Counted from the stretch's first letter, positions 1-13,532 are shown. The stretch is DNA of 64,000 bases from Dictyostelium discoideum (GCA_000004695.1 CM000152.2:1728001-1792000); one strand, 5' to 3'. Numbers and translations are program-made. Notes: generated from the sequence alone by a model not told the origin.

Positions 1-294
1 TTTATATTATATTTATTAATAAAGTTTTTTTTTTGATTATTTTTGTGTGAATGTAGCGACTTTTATAGATTTTTTTAATTTTATTAAAAAAAAAAAAAAA
101 AAAAAAAATTTGAAAAAAAAAAAAAAAATATTTAATTTTTATTTTTTTTTTAATTATTATTATTTTTTCATTTTTTTTTTTTTGTTTTTTTATTTTATTT
201 TATTTTTTTTAAAAATTCAACACACACAAAATTTTAACTATGCATTCTTTCAATTTAAACAAATAATTTTTTAAAAATAGATAATATAGATAAA

Positions 295-1798
295 ATGGAA
301 ACAAATGAAATTGAACTTCAAAAAAGGATATCGCATTTAAAAAATTTAATAAATTCACATAAACAACAACAACAACAACTGCAACAGCAACCACCGCAAC
401 AACAAATTTCAATACAACAACCAATAAAACCAATTTTTAATAAATTACCTCCAAACCACTTAAAAACACAACAATATAAACCAACTCCAACATTTAATAA
501 AAAGATTATTCAAAAACCAGTTAATAAAACAGTAAATTACAATTTAATTCCTCAAACTTCACCAACATTTAAACAAACACCACCTGTGGAACCACTTGTA
601 AATACAATTCAACCTATTACAGCAATAACAACAACAAAAGTGATAACCACCCCAACTAAAACAAACAATGTTATATTTAGTGGATATAAACCAAAAGAAA
701 GCTTAAATAAAATTAATGCAGTTAAACCACCACCACCATTATCATCCCAATTGAAATCGTCAAATGTAATATTTAGTGGTTTTAAACCACCATCTTTCAA
801 AACACAAAATAAATTATTTACATCCCGTTCTACCACTATTGGTAGTAATAAATATTATCCATCACCATCATCACCATCATCGAGAATATTTTTAAAGGCA
901 CCAATGATTACACCAAAAAGATTAACATTTAAACCTACAGCATCAGCAATAGCATTAAAAGTAAAAAGACAACAAATCCTAAAGAATAAACTATTAGCAC
1001 TTAAAAAAATTAAACAAAATAAACCATTACAATCAAATAAAGTAATGAAAGCGCCATCTACAATCTCACCAAAAGTTATAGATTCTATATTCATAAAGAA
1101 AGGAAATAGTTTAGTTAGAAAGAAACTTGATGATAATTATATAACAATTGGAAATAAATTAATTAGATCTAATACAGCCACGACAACAGCAGCAGCAACA
1201 ACAACAATCAATATACCAATATCTCACTCTAAATTATCGATAGTACCAAAACCAATAGTAAGAAGACCAATTATAAAACCACCATTATTAATTAATAATA
1301 AAATGAAAATTAGTGAAAAGATTAAAGAAGCGATAAATAAAAAGAAATTAGAAGTTAGTGAAAAGAAAAAAAAGAAGAAACAATATTGTTTATTTTTTAA
1401 TAGATTTGGTAAATGTAATAATGGAAATGATTGTAGATATGAACATGAACCAAAAAGAGTTAGAATATGTCCTAAATTTATAGCGGGCAACTGTGATGAT
1501 CCAGATTGTAAACTTCAACATTCCCTTGATTTGGATCTAATGCCCATTTGTCATTTATTCCTCAACAGAATGTGTACAAATGATAATTGTCCATATCTTC
1601 ATGTCAATCTTTCAAAAGATACAGAAGTTTGTCCAGATTTTATAAGTGGATATTGTCCGAAAGGTTCAAAATGTGAATTAAAACATACTTATACAAAGAA
1701 AGAAAAATCAAATGATAATAATATTGATAATAATAATAATAATAATAATAATACTACTAATACTAATAATAATAATAAAAAGAATAATGGTGAAGATG

Positions 1799-1833
<35 letters not shown>

Positions 1834-2100
1834 TTCGATAACAGCGATTATAATAAAACTCAAGATTCATTTTTTGATGATATGCATAAATTTTATGAAT
1901 TAGATAATGTAAGTAAATATGATGACGATAATAATGATAATAATAATGATATTGATAAAAATAATAATAATGATGATGATAATGATGAAAATGATCATGA
2001 TAATTATCATAAAAAAGATATTTATGAAATTAATACCCCCAATAAAATGGAAGATATTCACTCATTTATGCCTGTTGTAAATAACTTTAAAAAAAAATAA
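295..2100 (+). CDS. Tandem CCCH zinc-finger protein (CPSF30/ZC3H3-like fingers), single exon, 601 aa, with Q/N/D-rich low-complexity flanks
   Basis: Continuous ORF from ATG 295. Four consecutive C-x7-8-C-x4-5-C-x3-H fingers are read from the translation (CLFFNRFGKCNNGNDCRYEH, CPKFIAGNCDDPDCKLQH, CHLFLNRMCTNDNCPYLH, CPDFISGYCPKGSKCELKH). A/T third-position codon bias. Poly-Q/N/D tracts encoded by CAA/AAT/GAT microsatellites. Confidence 0.7.
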
Positions 2101-2457
2101 TAATCAAAAAATAAAAATAAAGAAAAAAAAAAATAAAAAATAAAAATAAAAATAAAAAAAAAAAAAAATAAAATAAAAATTTAATTTTCGATGGTCCCTG
2201 GGCAAATCCATAACCGAATTTTTTAGGTTTTGTGTGAGTTTTTTAATATTTTCATTTTCTTTTTTTTTATTTTCACTTTTTTTATTTTTTATTTTTTATT
2301 TTTTTTTTCTAAGCAAGAGTTATTATTAGTAACCATTCCAATACGTATGTTAATTACAACACATTAATTGTTTATAATTTTTATTTTTATTTTTATTTTT
2401 TTTTTTTAATTGTTTTTTTTTTTTTTTTTTTTTTCTTTTTTTTTTTAAAATTAATTT

Positions 2458-2488
<31 letters not shown>

Positions 2489-3084
2489 TTAATTTGTTTT
2501 ATTTCATTTTTTTTAAACACACTATGATTGTGTGAAATAAAAAAAAAAAAAAAAAAAAAAAACAAAAATAAATAAAAAATAAAAATAAAAATAAAAATAA
2601 AAATAAAAAAAAAAAAAAAAAAAAAAAAATATATCCAGAGCTAGACAAAATGCTTTTGACAGTGTGATATCAGCAACTGAAAATATCCGCCAACGCTTTT
2701 TTTTTTTTTTACTTTTTTTTTTTTTCTATTTTTTTTTTATTTTTTTTATTAATTTTTTCTATTTTTTTTTTTATTTTTTTTTTGGTGTTTTTTTTTCTTT
2801 TTTTCTGTTATTTATTACAATCAATTTAATCGTTCATCAGCCTATAAATCGTATATATCCAAAGAAATATTGTTTACATTTTAATATAAATATCAAAAAT
2901 TATATATCATATAAAATATTAATATCTTTTTATTTATATCTTAAAATAGGTGTTTAGAAAAAAAACAAAAAAAAAAAAAAATAAAAAAAAAAAAAAAAAA
3001 AAAAAAAACAAAACAACAAAACACAATTTTTTAAAATTTTTTTTTTTATTTTTTTTTTTTATTTTTTTTTTTTAAACCAAAGAT

Positions 3085-6000
3085 ATGGGTAAAGAAACTA
3101 AAATCGATAAATTTGAAAAAAGTAAATATAATAAACGTTACAATGAACCAAATGATCCTTTAGAAATCGATTATATGAGAGGTTATCAAACAACCACACT
3201 CTCAAATATTTTACATTATGGTTTAATTATATTATCAGCAGGTAATGTATAATTTTTCATCATCATCATCATTATTATTATTATTGTCATAAAAATCAAA
3301 ATTTTAATATATTTAATAATTATTATTATTATTATTATTATTTTTATTTTTATTTTTTTTTTATTTATAGGTTTATTATTATTAGTTTATCATTGGGTAC
3401 CAAGATGGGGTATTAAAATGAGATTTAAAGAATGTAAATTAAATGATGCAAATTATGTTTATGTTAAAGCAAAAGATAAGAAATATGAACTTAGTCAAGT
3501 GAAACATGTATTAATTGGAAAGAAAGATTTAGAATTTTCAGAAAGTGAAAAGAAGGATAAATATATTGAATTCAAATTCACTCGTTTATTCTATAATGTA
3601 GAGAAAGATTTATTCATTAGACCAATTAGTAACACTGATTATCATAGAAGTAAAATCAATGAATTGGTGAAGACCGGTTTATCAATGAATAAATATCAAG
3701 AGGGTAGAGATCTTTTTGGACCCAATTTAATTAGTGTGCCATTGAAATCAATTCCATCATTGTTGTTAGACGAGATTTTACATCCATTCTTTATCTTTCA
3801 AATTTATTCAATCATTCTTTGGTGTACAGAAGATTATTATGTTTATGCAGGTGCAATTCTTTTCATTGCTTTGGTTACTGCCATTTTCACATTACGTGAG
3901 ACTCGTAATAATCTCTTGCGTTTAAATGAGATCGCCACCTATAGATGTGATGTGACAGTGTTAAGAGATGGTAAACTTCAAGTGGTATCCTCAGAGACAT
4001 TGGTTCCAGGTGATATTATCGAAATTCAAAAATCATTGGTACTTCCATGTGATTTTTGTTTATTAACTGGTACTGTAATTCTCAACGAGTCAATGTTAAC
4101 AGGTGAATCGATCCCAGTTACAAAGTATTCATTGGAGGAGTGTTCAGGTGATCAATTGTCTGTGGACCCATTGGTGAATAAACGTTGTGCAATGTCTGGT
4201 GGTACAAAGGTTGTTAAAACTCAAGCCAAAGAGAAGGATGCTAAAATCTTTGCAATGGTTACCAATACAAGTTGGTTAACTACAAAGGGTGGTTTGGTAT
4301 TGTCAATGTTGTATCCAAAGGAATCTCATTTCAAATTCTTTGAACAATCTTTGAAATTCTTGGGTGTACTTTGTTTCATTGCATTGATTGGTTTCGGTGT
4401 TTCAGTATGGAGATTAATTAAAGCAGGCGAACAATTAAGTGAGGTAGTTACCAAAGCATTGGATTTAATTACAATTGTTGTTCCACCAGCTTTACCAATG
4501 GCACAAAGTGTTGGTACAGGTTTCAGTATCGTACGTTTAAAGGCAAATAAAATCTTTTGTATTTCACCACCAAGAGTTAATATGGCAGGTAAAGTTGAAG
4601 TCTATTGTTTCGATAAAACTGGTACACTCACTGAAGATGGTTTAGATTTGTTTGGTGTATTACCATCCCATCAAGATAGTAATAATAGTGGTGGTTTTGG
4701 TACAGTAATTAAAACCGATTTAAATCGTATGACAGGTCCATTATTTTTAACAATGGCCACCTGTCATACTTTGGCTCATATCGATGAACAAGTTAGTGGT
4801 GATCCATTGGAAGAGAAGATTTTCACTGCAACAAATGCAAAGTTAAATGATAATGGTGAATTTGGTTTTTGTGCATCAATTCAATTGTCAAAAGTTGATA
4901 ATATCTCTATGGTTCATCAAGAATATCCAATCTCTACAGTGGATGTTGAAACCTCTGATCAAATTGCATTGGTTGAACGTTTCGAATTTCAATCTGCACT
5001 TCAAAGAATGAGTGTTGTAATTAGAGGTATTAGAGCAACCGATGGTTCAACTCAAAGTAGTAAAGATTTGGCAATTGTTAAAGGTTCACCAGAGATGATT
5101 AAAAAACTTTCAAATCCAACTTCAATTCCATCCGATTTTGAACATGTTCTTAGCACCTATACAAAGAAGGGTTATCGTGTATTGGGTTGTGGTTATAAAG
5201 AATGGGATCCATCAGATTCAATTGGTAAAACAAAGGATGAAATTAGATCAATGGTTGAGAGAGATTTAATGTTTTTAGGTTTCATTATTATGGAGAATAA
5301 AATTAAACCAGAGACTGCTGGTGCATTAAAGGTATTAAAGGATGCAAATATTCGTATCATTATGGTCACTGGTGATAATGTTCTAACCGCAGTTAGTGTT
5401 TCAAGAGAATGCGGTCTAGTCACTAAAGAGAAAACAATATTCTCGTCACAATTGGTTAATGATCCTGTAACTGGTAAACCAACAATGGTAGAATGGTTTG
5501 ATGTTACCTCACCTGAAGAATCAATTCCATTCACTTTGGACCCATACACTTTAACAATTAATAATGCTGGTGGTGGCAGTAATTACGATGATGAGTATAG
5601 TTTGGCTGTCACTGGTGATGTTTGGAAATATTATTATGATCAATTCAAAGCAAATGGTCAACCAACCATTTGTTTCAATCAAATCTTAAGAAAAGGTCAA
5701 GTGTTTGCACGTATGACACCAGATCAAAAACAAAATCTTATCGAGGAACTTCAAGTATTAGGACTCTATGTTGGCATGTGTGGTGATGGTGCAAATGATT
5801 GTGGTGCATTAAAAGCTGCACATGTTGGTATTTCTTTATCTCAAGCTGAGGCATCTATTGCCGCTCCATTCACTTCAACCATTACCAATGTAACTTGTAC
5901 CTATAATCTAATTAAAGAGGGTAGAGCATCATTAACAGTGTCATTCAAACTTTTCCAATTCATTGGTATGTACTCATTGATTCAATTTTGTCAAGTTATT

Positions 6001-6690
6001 CTATTGTATTTCGATGGTTCCGTATTGAATAACTATCAATATCTCTATCAAGATCTTTGGGTAATTTTCCCATTGGTAATTTTCATGGGTCGTACTGAAC
6101 CATGTAGTAAACTCTCCATCAAAAGACCATCCTCTCGTTTAATTAGTTCAACAGTTATTGGTAGTTTACTCAGTCATGTCACATTAACATTTGTTTTCCA
6201 ATTATTGGTTTACATTTTCGTACGTCGTAATTCATGGTATAAGGATTTACCCGACACAAGCTCCAATGAAAATGAACCAAGATTAGATCATTTATTGGCA
6301 TCCCTTTTCATCTATGGTAATATGCAATACTCTGTCATGTGTTTCATTTACTCTTGGGGTAAACCTTTCCTTAGACCAATTTATACCAATCGTGCATTAT
6401 TCATCTTCTTTTGTGTAACACTTACAACTTCTTCATTATTATTATTGTTGCCTGTTTCCATTAGATTCTTTGGTACAACATGGTTAATGGATTTACCAGT
6501 ACGTTGGAGAGTTGAACTCTTAATTCTCTTTATTATCAATGCTGCTCTCGCTATGGCTGCCGAATGGATTATCATTGTCTATCGTGAAATCAGATCAAAA
6601 TCAAAGAGAAAATTAAAACAAAAACAAAATTCCGATCCAAATATTATTGCAAAAAATACTGTTAATGAAAGATATACTAGTTTAAATTAA
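3085..6690 (+). CDS. P5B-type cation-transporting P-type ATPase (ATP13A2-like, kil2 family candidate), 1158 aa; exons 3085..3241 and 3371..6690
   Basis: Exon 1 from ATG 3085 ends in phase 1 before GTAATG. The 129-nt AT-rich intron ends in TATAG. Exon 2 continues in frame through the long ORF to the stop at 6690. P-type ATPase motifs are read directly: DKTGTLT, MVTGDN, GDGANDCGALK. The PPALP motif marks subtype P5B. Multiple hydrophobic membrane segments. The ORF-track Met at 3418 is internal. Confidence 0.85.
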
Positions 6691-6897
6691 ATTTTAGTAT
6701 TTAAAAAATTATTAAACAGTATAATAATAAATAAATAAAATAAAATAAAAATAATAACAATAAAATATAAGATCATTTTTTATTTTTTTTTTTTTTTTTG
6801 GTCAAAAACTGGACTTGTTTTTTTTTTTTATTTTTTTTTTTATTTTTTTTTTTATTTTTTGGTTTATTTTTAGTTTTTCATTTTTCAACAAAACAAA

Positions 6898-7165
6898 ATG
6901 TCAAACAAAAATGATTTAAAAGAGTTGATGAAAGCTAAAACTAAAGAAAGAGAGAAGAATTTATTATCATCACAACAAACAACAAATAGTTTAAATACAT
7001 CTACTACCAATAGTAATAATGATGATGGAAAACAATTTGCAAAGTATAATAGTCAAAAACAATTATTGTGTTCTTTATGTGAAGCAAAAGTATTAAGTGA
7101 TTCAATGTGGAAAGCTCATTGTAACTCTAAAAAACATAAAGAATTACTAGAAGTTTATCGAAGAA

Positions 7166-7260
<95 letters not shown>

Positions 7261-7426
7261 GATAAAAAGAAAAGAGAATTGGAATTTTTAATTACAGAAT
7301 CACAACCTTCCAAAATAATTAAGACAACAGAAGAAGAGGAAGAGGAAGCCTTAAAAGAAGTTTCAACAATAAGTAGTTTATTTGGTGCTTATAGTGACGA
7401 AGATGATGATGATGATAATAATAATA

Positions 7427-7477
<51 letters not shown>

Positions 7478-8319
7478 TTGAAATAAATTCGAAAAATAAT
7501 AGTTTTCCAAGTGGTTTTTTTGATAATCCAGAAGAAGAAAAAAAATCAATTATAAACGATGATTCAGATTTAGAGGTTAATGATAAATTACCAAAAGGAT
7601 TCTTTGATAATGATAGTATAAGGAAGAATGAAGATATTGATAAAGAAGAAATCGATGAAATAACAGAAGAGGAATTAAAGTAAGTTTTGTTTCAAATAAA
7701 AATTAAATTTTGTTTTGAATTTAATTAATTAATAAAATTGGTTGATATAGTACTAATGCAAAAAAAAAAAAAAATAAATAAATAAAATAAAAATAAATTA
7801 ATTATTAAAATATTTACTAGTAAACAACTTGAACAATATAATAATAATATTATTGATTCCACAACTACAACTATTGTTGAAAATGAAAATGATTATATTA
7901 TTAATAACGATAACAATAATAATAATAATAATAATAATATTAATAATATTGAAGAGGTAGATGATAAAAATAGTTATAAAGAAGAAAATGTTAATAGTAA
8001 TAAAGAACAACAACAACAAGAACAAGAACAAAAGGTAGAAAAAGAAGAAAACCTAATAAAGAAAGTTGATAAAAAAATAAATGAAAATGTTTTAATTGGA
8101 CGAGTTTTGAATAATTTTGAAAAAAAGGTTTTAGAATCAAAAATTGATGAACTTGAAAATAAGAGAAAAGATTTGAAATTAATGATTCATTCAAAAAATA
8201 ATATTAATGAAAAGGAGAACAAAAAAGAAGAAAGTGATGACGATGGTGATGATGATTTTAATTTCGATGAAGATGTCCAAATGTTGGACACTAGATCAAT
8301 ATTTCAAAAAAAGAAATAA
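6898..8319 (+). CDS. ZNF830-like C2H2 zinc-finger coiled-coil protein; exons 6898..7679 and 7821..8319 (short unspliced form would stop at 7683)
   Basis: The N-terminal block FAKYNSQKQLLCSLCEAKVLSDSMWKAHCNSKKHKE matches the ZNF830 single C2H2 finger region. A poly-Q tract is encoded by (CAA)n. The stop TAA at 7681 overlaps a consensus GTAAGT donor starting at 7680. A 141-nt AT-rich intron ends ...TTTACTAG at 7820. The downstream sequence is open in the required frame (phase 2) through 8319, encoding a K/E-rich coiled-coil tail. Confidence 0.55.
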
Positions 8320-8770
8320 AATTGTAAATAATTTCTCTAAACTTTCATATTTTTTTATTATTTATTTTATTTTATTTTATTTTTGTTTTGGATTACTCAA
8401 AATTAAAAAAAATTTTAAAAGGTTTTAATCAATATAATATGGAAATAAATTAATCTTACTTTTTTTTTTTTTAATTTTTTTTTTTATCATTTTCATCTAT
8501 AGTTTTAAAGTTTTACATTGTTAAATATATAAATTTATTTATTTCTTTTTTATTATTATTTTTTTATTTTTCTGGTGGTTACTTTTTTTGGCCTTCTCGG
8601 TGTTGGTATTTATTTTAAAAATCTTGGTTGGTTAATTTCTATCATAAATTAAATAATTTTAAAAATAGGTTTTATAGGGTTATCTTTGTCTAATTAATAT
8701 CTAGATAAAATGGGGTGTTATTGTTATGGTTTCAATTCCAAAAAATAATATTAAAAAAAATATGGACATT

Positions 8771-8870
8771 NNNNNNNNNNNNNNNNNNNNNNNNNNNNNN
8801 NNNNNNNNNNNNNNNNNNNNNNNNNNNNNNNNNNNNNNNNNNNNNNNNNNNNNNNNNNNNNNNNNNNNNN
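8771..8870. other. Assembly gap (run of 100 N)
   Basis: Literal N characters are present. Confidence 0.99.
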
Positions 8871-9809
8871 TATGATGAAGATGGTTATGATGAAAATGGT
8901 TATGATAAATATGGTTATTTTTTATGTAAAAAAAACATCTATGATGAAAATGGCTATGATCAATATGGCTATAATGAATATGGTTATGATAAAGATGGTT
9001 ATGATGAAGATGGTTATGATGAAGAGGGTTATGATGAAGATGGTTATGATAAAGCTGGTTATGATAAATGTGGTTATAATGATGATGGTTATCATCAAGA
9101 TGGTTATAATGCATTAGGTTATTATGAAGATGGTTATAATATAAATGGTTATAATGAAGATGGTTATGATAAATATGGTTATAATGAAGATGGTTATGAT
9201 GAAGATGGTTATAATGAAGAGGGTTATGATAAAGATGGTTATCATATATATGGTTATAACAAATATGGTTATAATAAATATGGTTATGATAAATATGGTT
9301 ATGATAAAGATGGTTATGATAAAGACGGTTACGATGAAGATGATTATGATAAAAATGGTTATAATCCATATGGTTATGATAAAGATGGTTTTAATAAAAA
9401 TGGTTATAATAGAGATGGGGTTTATATAAAAAAAAAAAAACTTAACAAAATCACTAAAAAAAGCAAATTAGTTTTGAAATCATTAATTCCATATAAAGGT
9501 ATTCTTGCAAATAATTTAACAGATTTTAAATCAACTGAAAATGATTTCTTTTTAAATGTAGTGTCTCTTTTGTCACGTGAACGCCATATTACATTTATAT
9601 CTAGTGGTAACTTTGACAACAATTTCAACAATTGTTTGAAAATATCGCCGGAATTCTCAAAATGGAATAGTAATAAAGGTGAGGTAGAAATAAGTTCCTT
9701 TCCAACTTATGCTATAGATACAAAGGGTTCTAGAAGACTGACCTTTTATTTTTTTTCAATGAATAGTAAGTCTTTTTTATTAATTATAATTAACAATATT
9801 TTAAAATAA
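8871..9809 (+). CDS. Hexapeptide-repeat protein (about 30 tandem G-Y-D/N-x-x-G units) with a non-repetitive C-terminal tail; 5' end lost in the assembly gap
   Basis: Plus-strand frame is open from the gap through 9809. An 18-nt unit (ggttatgat gaa/aaa gatggt) is repeated in tandem from 8871 to about 9420, giving GYDEDGYDKDGY... Codons follow Dictyostelium usage (gat, ggt, tat, gaa). The minus strand is also open (HNHLYHNH), so strand assignment rests on ORF length and the unique tail. Confidence 0.4.
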   Translation, partial: YDEDGYDENGYDKYGYFLCKKNIYDENGYDQYGYNEYGYDKDGYDEDGYDEEGYDEDGYDKAGYDKCGYNDDGYHQDGYNALGYYEDGYNINGYNEDGYDKYGYNEDGYDEDGYNEEGYDKDGYHIYGYNKYGYNKYGYDKYGYDKDGYDKDGYDEDDYDKNGYNPYGYDKDGFNKNGYNRDGVYIKKKKLNKITKKSKLVLKSLIPYKGILANNLTDFKSTENDFFLNVVSLLSRERHITFISSGNFDNNFNNCLKISPEFSKWNSNKGEVEISSFPTYAIDTKGSRRLTFYFFSMNSKSFLLIIINNILK

Positions 9810-9837
9810 CCCCACTTGGTACTAATATAAATTAAAC

Positions 9838-9981
<144 letters not shown>

Positions 9982-10399
9982 CCAATAAAAGTCCAAACAT
10001 AATCATTATTTTAGAATTTAAATTTTTTCATAAGACTAATTCAATTTTCAGTTATTTTCTTGACGTAAAAAAAAGACCAACACTAATTACATTGATTTCT
10101 TTGAATCTGCCAAAGATCAAATATTCACAATGACTCAGAGAATTCTAGATGTATCAAAAAGTGTTGACAAAGAATATCAAATAATTAATTATCTCATATT
10201 TGGATATAAAGATATTTCAAAATTAAAAACTAGACCCCAAAGGATTGCTGATTTTGGTTTTGATATTTATTTAATTGATGCTGTTACTAAGGAATCAACG
10301 AAAATTCATAATTAAACAAAAATAAATATCCACTCCATGAAGGTCAAAAACAATAACAACAAGAGAATTAAAAAATAAAATAAAATAATAAAATTAAAA

Positions 10400-10502
<103 letters not shown>

Positions 10503-10529
10503 ATAAAACTATCAATTACAATATCCATT

Positions 10530-10701
<172 letters not shown>

Positions 10702-10753
10702 ATAAAAAGTTACAGGAATAATTTATTTAAACTATTGTCTGAATTATGGGTCG

Positions 10754-10784
<31 letters not shown>

Positions 10785-11469
10785 TTTTATTTTCCAAATA
10801 CATTGGCCAATTCCAATAATTATTGTTTTTTGTGTGTGATAATCATTGCTGCAAAAATTAAAAAAAAATAAAGATAAAAATAGAAAATTAAAGATAGAAA
10901 AAATAATTATTTAATTTATTTTTATTTTATTTTTTTTTTTTTTTTTTCAAAAAGGTTTTTTTTTAAAGGGGCCAAATTTTTTTTTCACTTTAGTAAAAAA
11001 AAAAAAATTAAAATGGAATTTTATTAATCATATTCTAATTTATTAAAAATAAAACAAAATTTATTTAGATAAATAACACTTTTAAAAAAATTCTGTAGAG
11101 TCAATTAGTCTAAAAATAAAAATTACTTGTTCAATTTAAATAATTAATTGGATTTTGATCTCATTTTAAAAACATTTAAAATTTTATTTTTAAAATGAGA
11201 TCAAAATCGAATTAATTATTTAGACAGAAAGAACAAATTATTTTTATTTCAAAAATTAATGTACTCGATAATAAAAAAAAAAAAACAATAACAAATTTGG
11301 CGCAATTTATGCTCGTAAATCATAACACCATTCTCATTCAAAAAAAGAATGGAAACAAAAATTTTAAAAAAAAACAGTTTTTGAAAAAAAAAAAAATAAA
11401 ATAAAATAAAAAAAATAAAAAAATAAAAAAAATAAAAATCTTTGCAGTTGATTTCGTTTAATCTGAATC

Positions 11470-11504
<35 letters not shown>

Positions 11505-12047
11505 ATTAAAAAACTAAATTTAATAAAAAAAAAAAAATTAAAATAAAATAAAAAAAAAAATAATAAAATAAAAACTAAATTTAATAAAAAAAAAATCAAA
11601 AAAAAACAAAAAAACTAAAAAAGAAAAGAAAAAAGAAATAAAAAATTTTAAAATTTTATAATAAAAACGTAGAAATATCTATACACTTTTCAACATTGTT
11701 TTTATTATTGGTCGAATTTTTAAAAAAATAAAATAAAAAATGAGAAAAATTATGGTAGCCACCAACCGTTTTGAAAAATCTGATAACAATTCACGAAAAA
11801 ATGCAAAGTTTTCAAAAATAAAAAATATCTTTTTTTTTTTTTTTATTTTTTTTTTTTTTATAAAAAGATGAAATTTTTGAGGAGGTTAGAGAATTTTCCA
11901 ACTACTTTTGACTCTAAAATTTTTTTTTAAAAAATATTTTTTATTTTTTTTTTTTTTCCAAACGATTCGGTATAAAAAGTTTTTTTTAAAAAAATTTAAT
12001 CATTATCTTAATCATCCAATTATTTTTTAAATATATATATAAATAAA

Positions 12048-13532
12048 ATGAAAGTTTTATCTGCCTTATGCGTTTTATTAGTCAGTGTTGCCACTGCCAA
12101 ACAACAATTATCCGAAGTTGAATACAGAAATGCTTTCACCAATTGGATGATTGCTCACCAAAGACATTATTCATCAGAAGAGTTCAATGGTCGTTACAAT
12201 ATCTTCAAAGCCAATATGGATTACGTCAATGAATGGAATACCAAAGGTAGTGAAACCGTTTTAGGTTTAAATGTCTTTGCTGATATCAGCAATGAAGAAT
12301 ACAGAGCCACCTATTTAGGTACCCCATTCGATGCTTCATCCCTCGAAATGACCGAATCCGATAAAATCTTCGATGCTTCCGCTCAAGTCGATTGGAGAAC
12401 TCAAGGTGCTGTCACCCCAATCAAAAATCAAGGTCAATGTGGTGGTTGTTGGTCATTCTCAACTACTGGTGCCACTGAAGGTGCTCAATACCTTGCCAAC
12501 GGTAAAAAGAATTTAGTCTCATTATCCGAACAAAATTTAATCGATTGTTCAGGTTCATACGGTAACAACGGTTGTGAAGGTGGTTTAATGACCTTAGCTT
12601 TCGAATACATCATCAATAACAAAGGTATTGATACTGAAAGCAGCTACCCATACACTGCTGAAGACGGTAAAAAATGTAAATTCAACCCAAAGAATGTTGC
12701 TGCTCAATTATCATCATACGTTAACGTTACCTCTGGTTCAGAATCAGATTTAGCTGCCAAAGTTACTCAAGGTCCAACCTCAGTTGCCATTGATGCATCC
12801 AACCAATCATTCCAATTGTACGTTTCAGGTATCTACAATGAGCCAGCTTGCTCTTCAACTCAATTAGATCACGGTGTCTTAGCTGTTGGTTTCGGTACTG
12901 GTAGTGGTTCATCTGGTTCCCATGGTGGTTCCCAATCACAATCTGCTGGTTCAGATTCACAATCTGCTGGTTCAGAATCATCCCAATCTGAATCCGGTTC
13001 ACAATCACAATCTGAATCCGGTTCACAATCACAATCACAATCTGGTTCTCAATCATTCTCTGGTTCCTTATACTCTGGTTCATACTCTGGTTCCCAATCT
13101 GGTTCCCAATCTGGTAACAGCGGTGCTGCTGTTAAACAAACTGGTGCTGGTTCAGGTTCAGGTTCAGGTTCAGGTTCCGGTTCCGGTTCAGGTTCAGGTT
13201 CAGTCTCAGGTTCAGCTTCAGGTTCCGCCTCAGGTTCCGCCTCAGGTTCATCAAGTGGTAGCAATAGCAACGGTGGTGTTTATCCAACCGCTGGTGACTA
13301 CTGGATCGTTAAAAACTCATGGGGTACCTCATGGGGTATGGATGGTTACATTTTAATGACCAAAGGAAATAACAATCAGTAAGTACATAATATATAAAAT
13401 AATTTATATACATATTTATAATAAAAATAGAAATACTAACTAATTTTTTTTTTTTTTTTTTTTTAAATTTTCCTTTATAGATGCGGTATTGCAACAATGG
13501 CCTCACGTCCAACTGCTGTTGCATCACTTTAA
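12048..13532 (+). CDS. Papain-family cysteine proteinase with Ser/Gly-rich insertion domain (Dictyostelium CP4/CP5/CP7 type; cprD/cprE/cprG family), 460 aa; exons 12048..13378 and 13481..13532
   Basis: Signal peptide [17 protein letters not shown]. Propeptide ERFNIN-like region. Catalytic motifs [11 protein letters not shown] (Cys), [10 protein letters not shown] (His), NSWGTSWG (Asn). A roughly 150-aa GS/SQ-rich insert between the His and Asn is encoded by imperfect tcaggt/tcacaa repeats. A phase-2 GTAAGT donor at 13379 and a 102-nt intron precede the last exon, which encodes the conserved papain C-terminus (Q)[16 protein letters not shown]. Confidence 0.85.

Noticed and set aside
2194-2230. 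GC-richer segment CGATGGTCCCTGGGCAAATCCATAACCGAA 3' of the CCCH gene, checked as a possible tRNA or snRNA
   Set aside because: No cloverleaf or conserved snRNA box could be folded by eye, so it is probably 3'UTR sequence.
3418-3420. ATG at 3418 as the start of the P-type ATPase
   Set aside because: The frame is open upstream to an AG acceptor at 3370. An upstream exon (3085..3241) with a proper ATG and donor encodes a sensible N-terminus, so the 3418 Met is internal.
12763-13356. Overlapping ORFs on both strands inside the cysteine-proteinase Ser/Gly-rich region (also 29358..29837 in the paralog)
   Set aside because: Low-complexity tcaggt/tcacaa repeats are open in all frames. Only the frame continuous with the papain catalytic motifs is meaningful.
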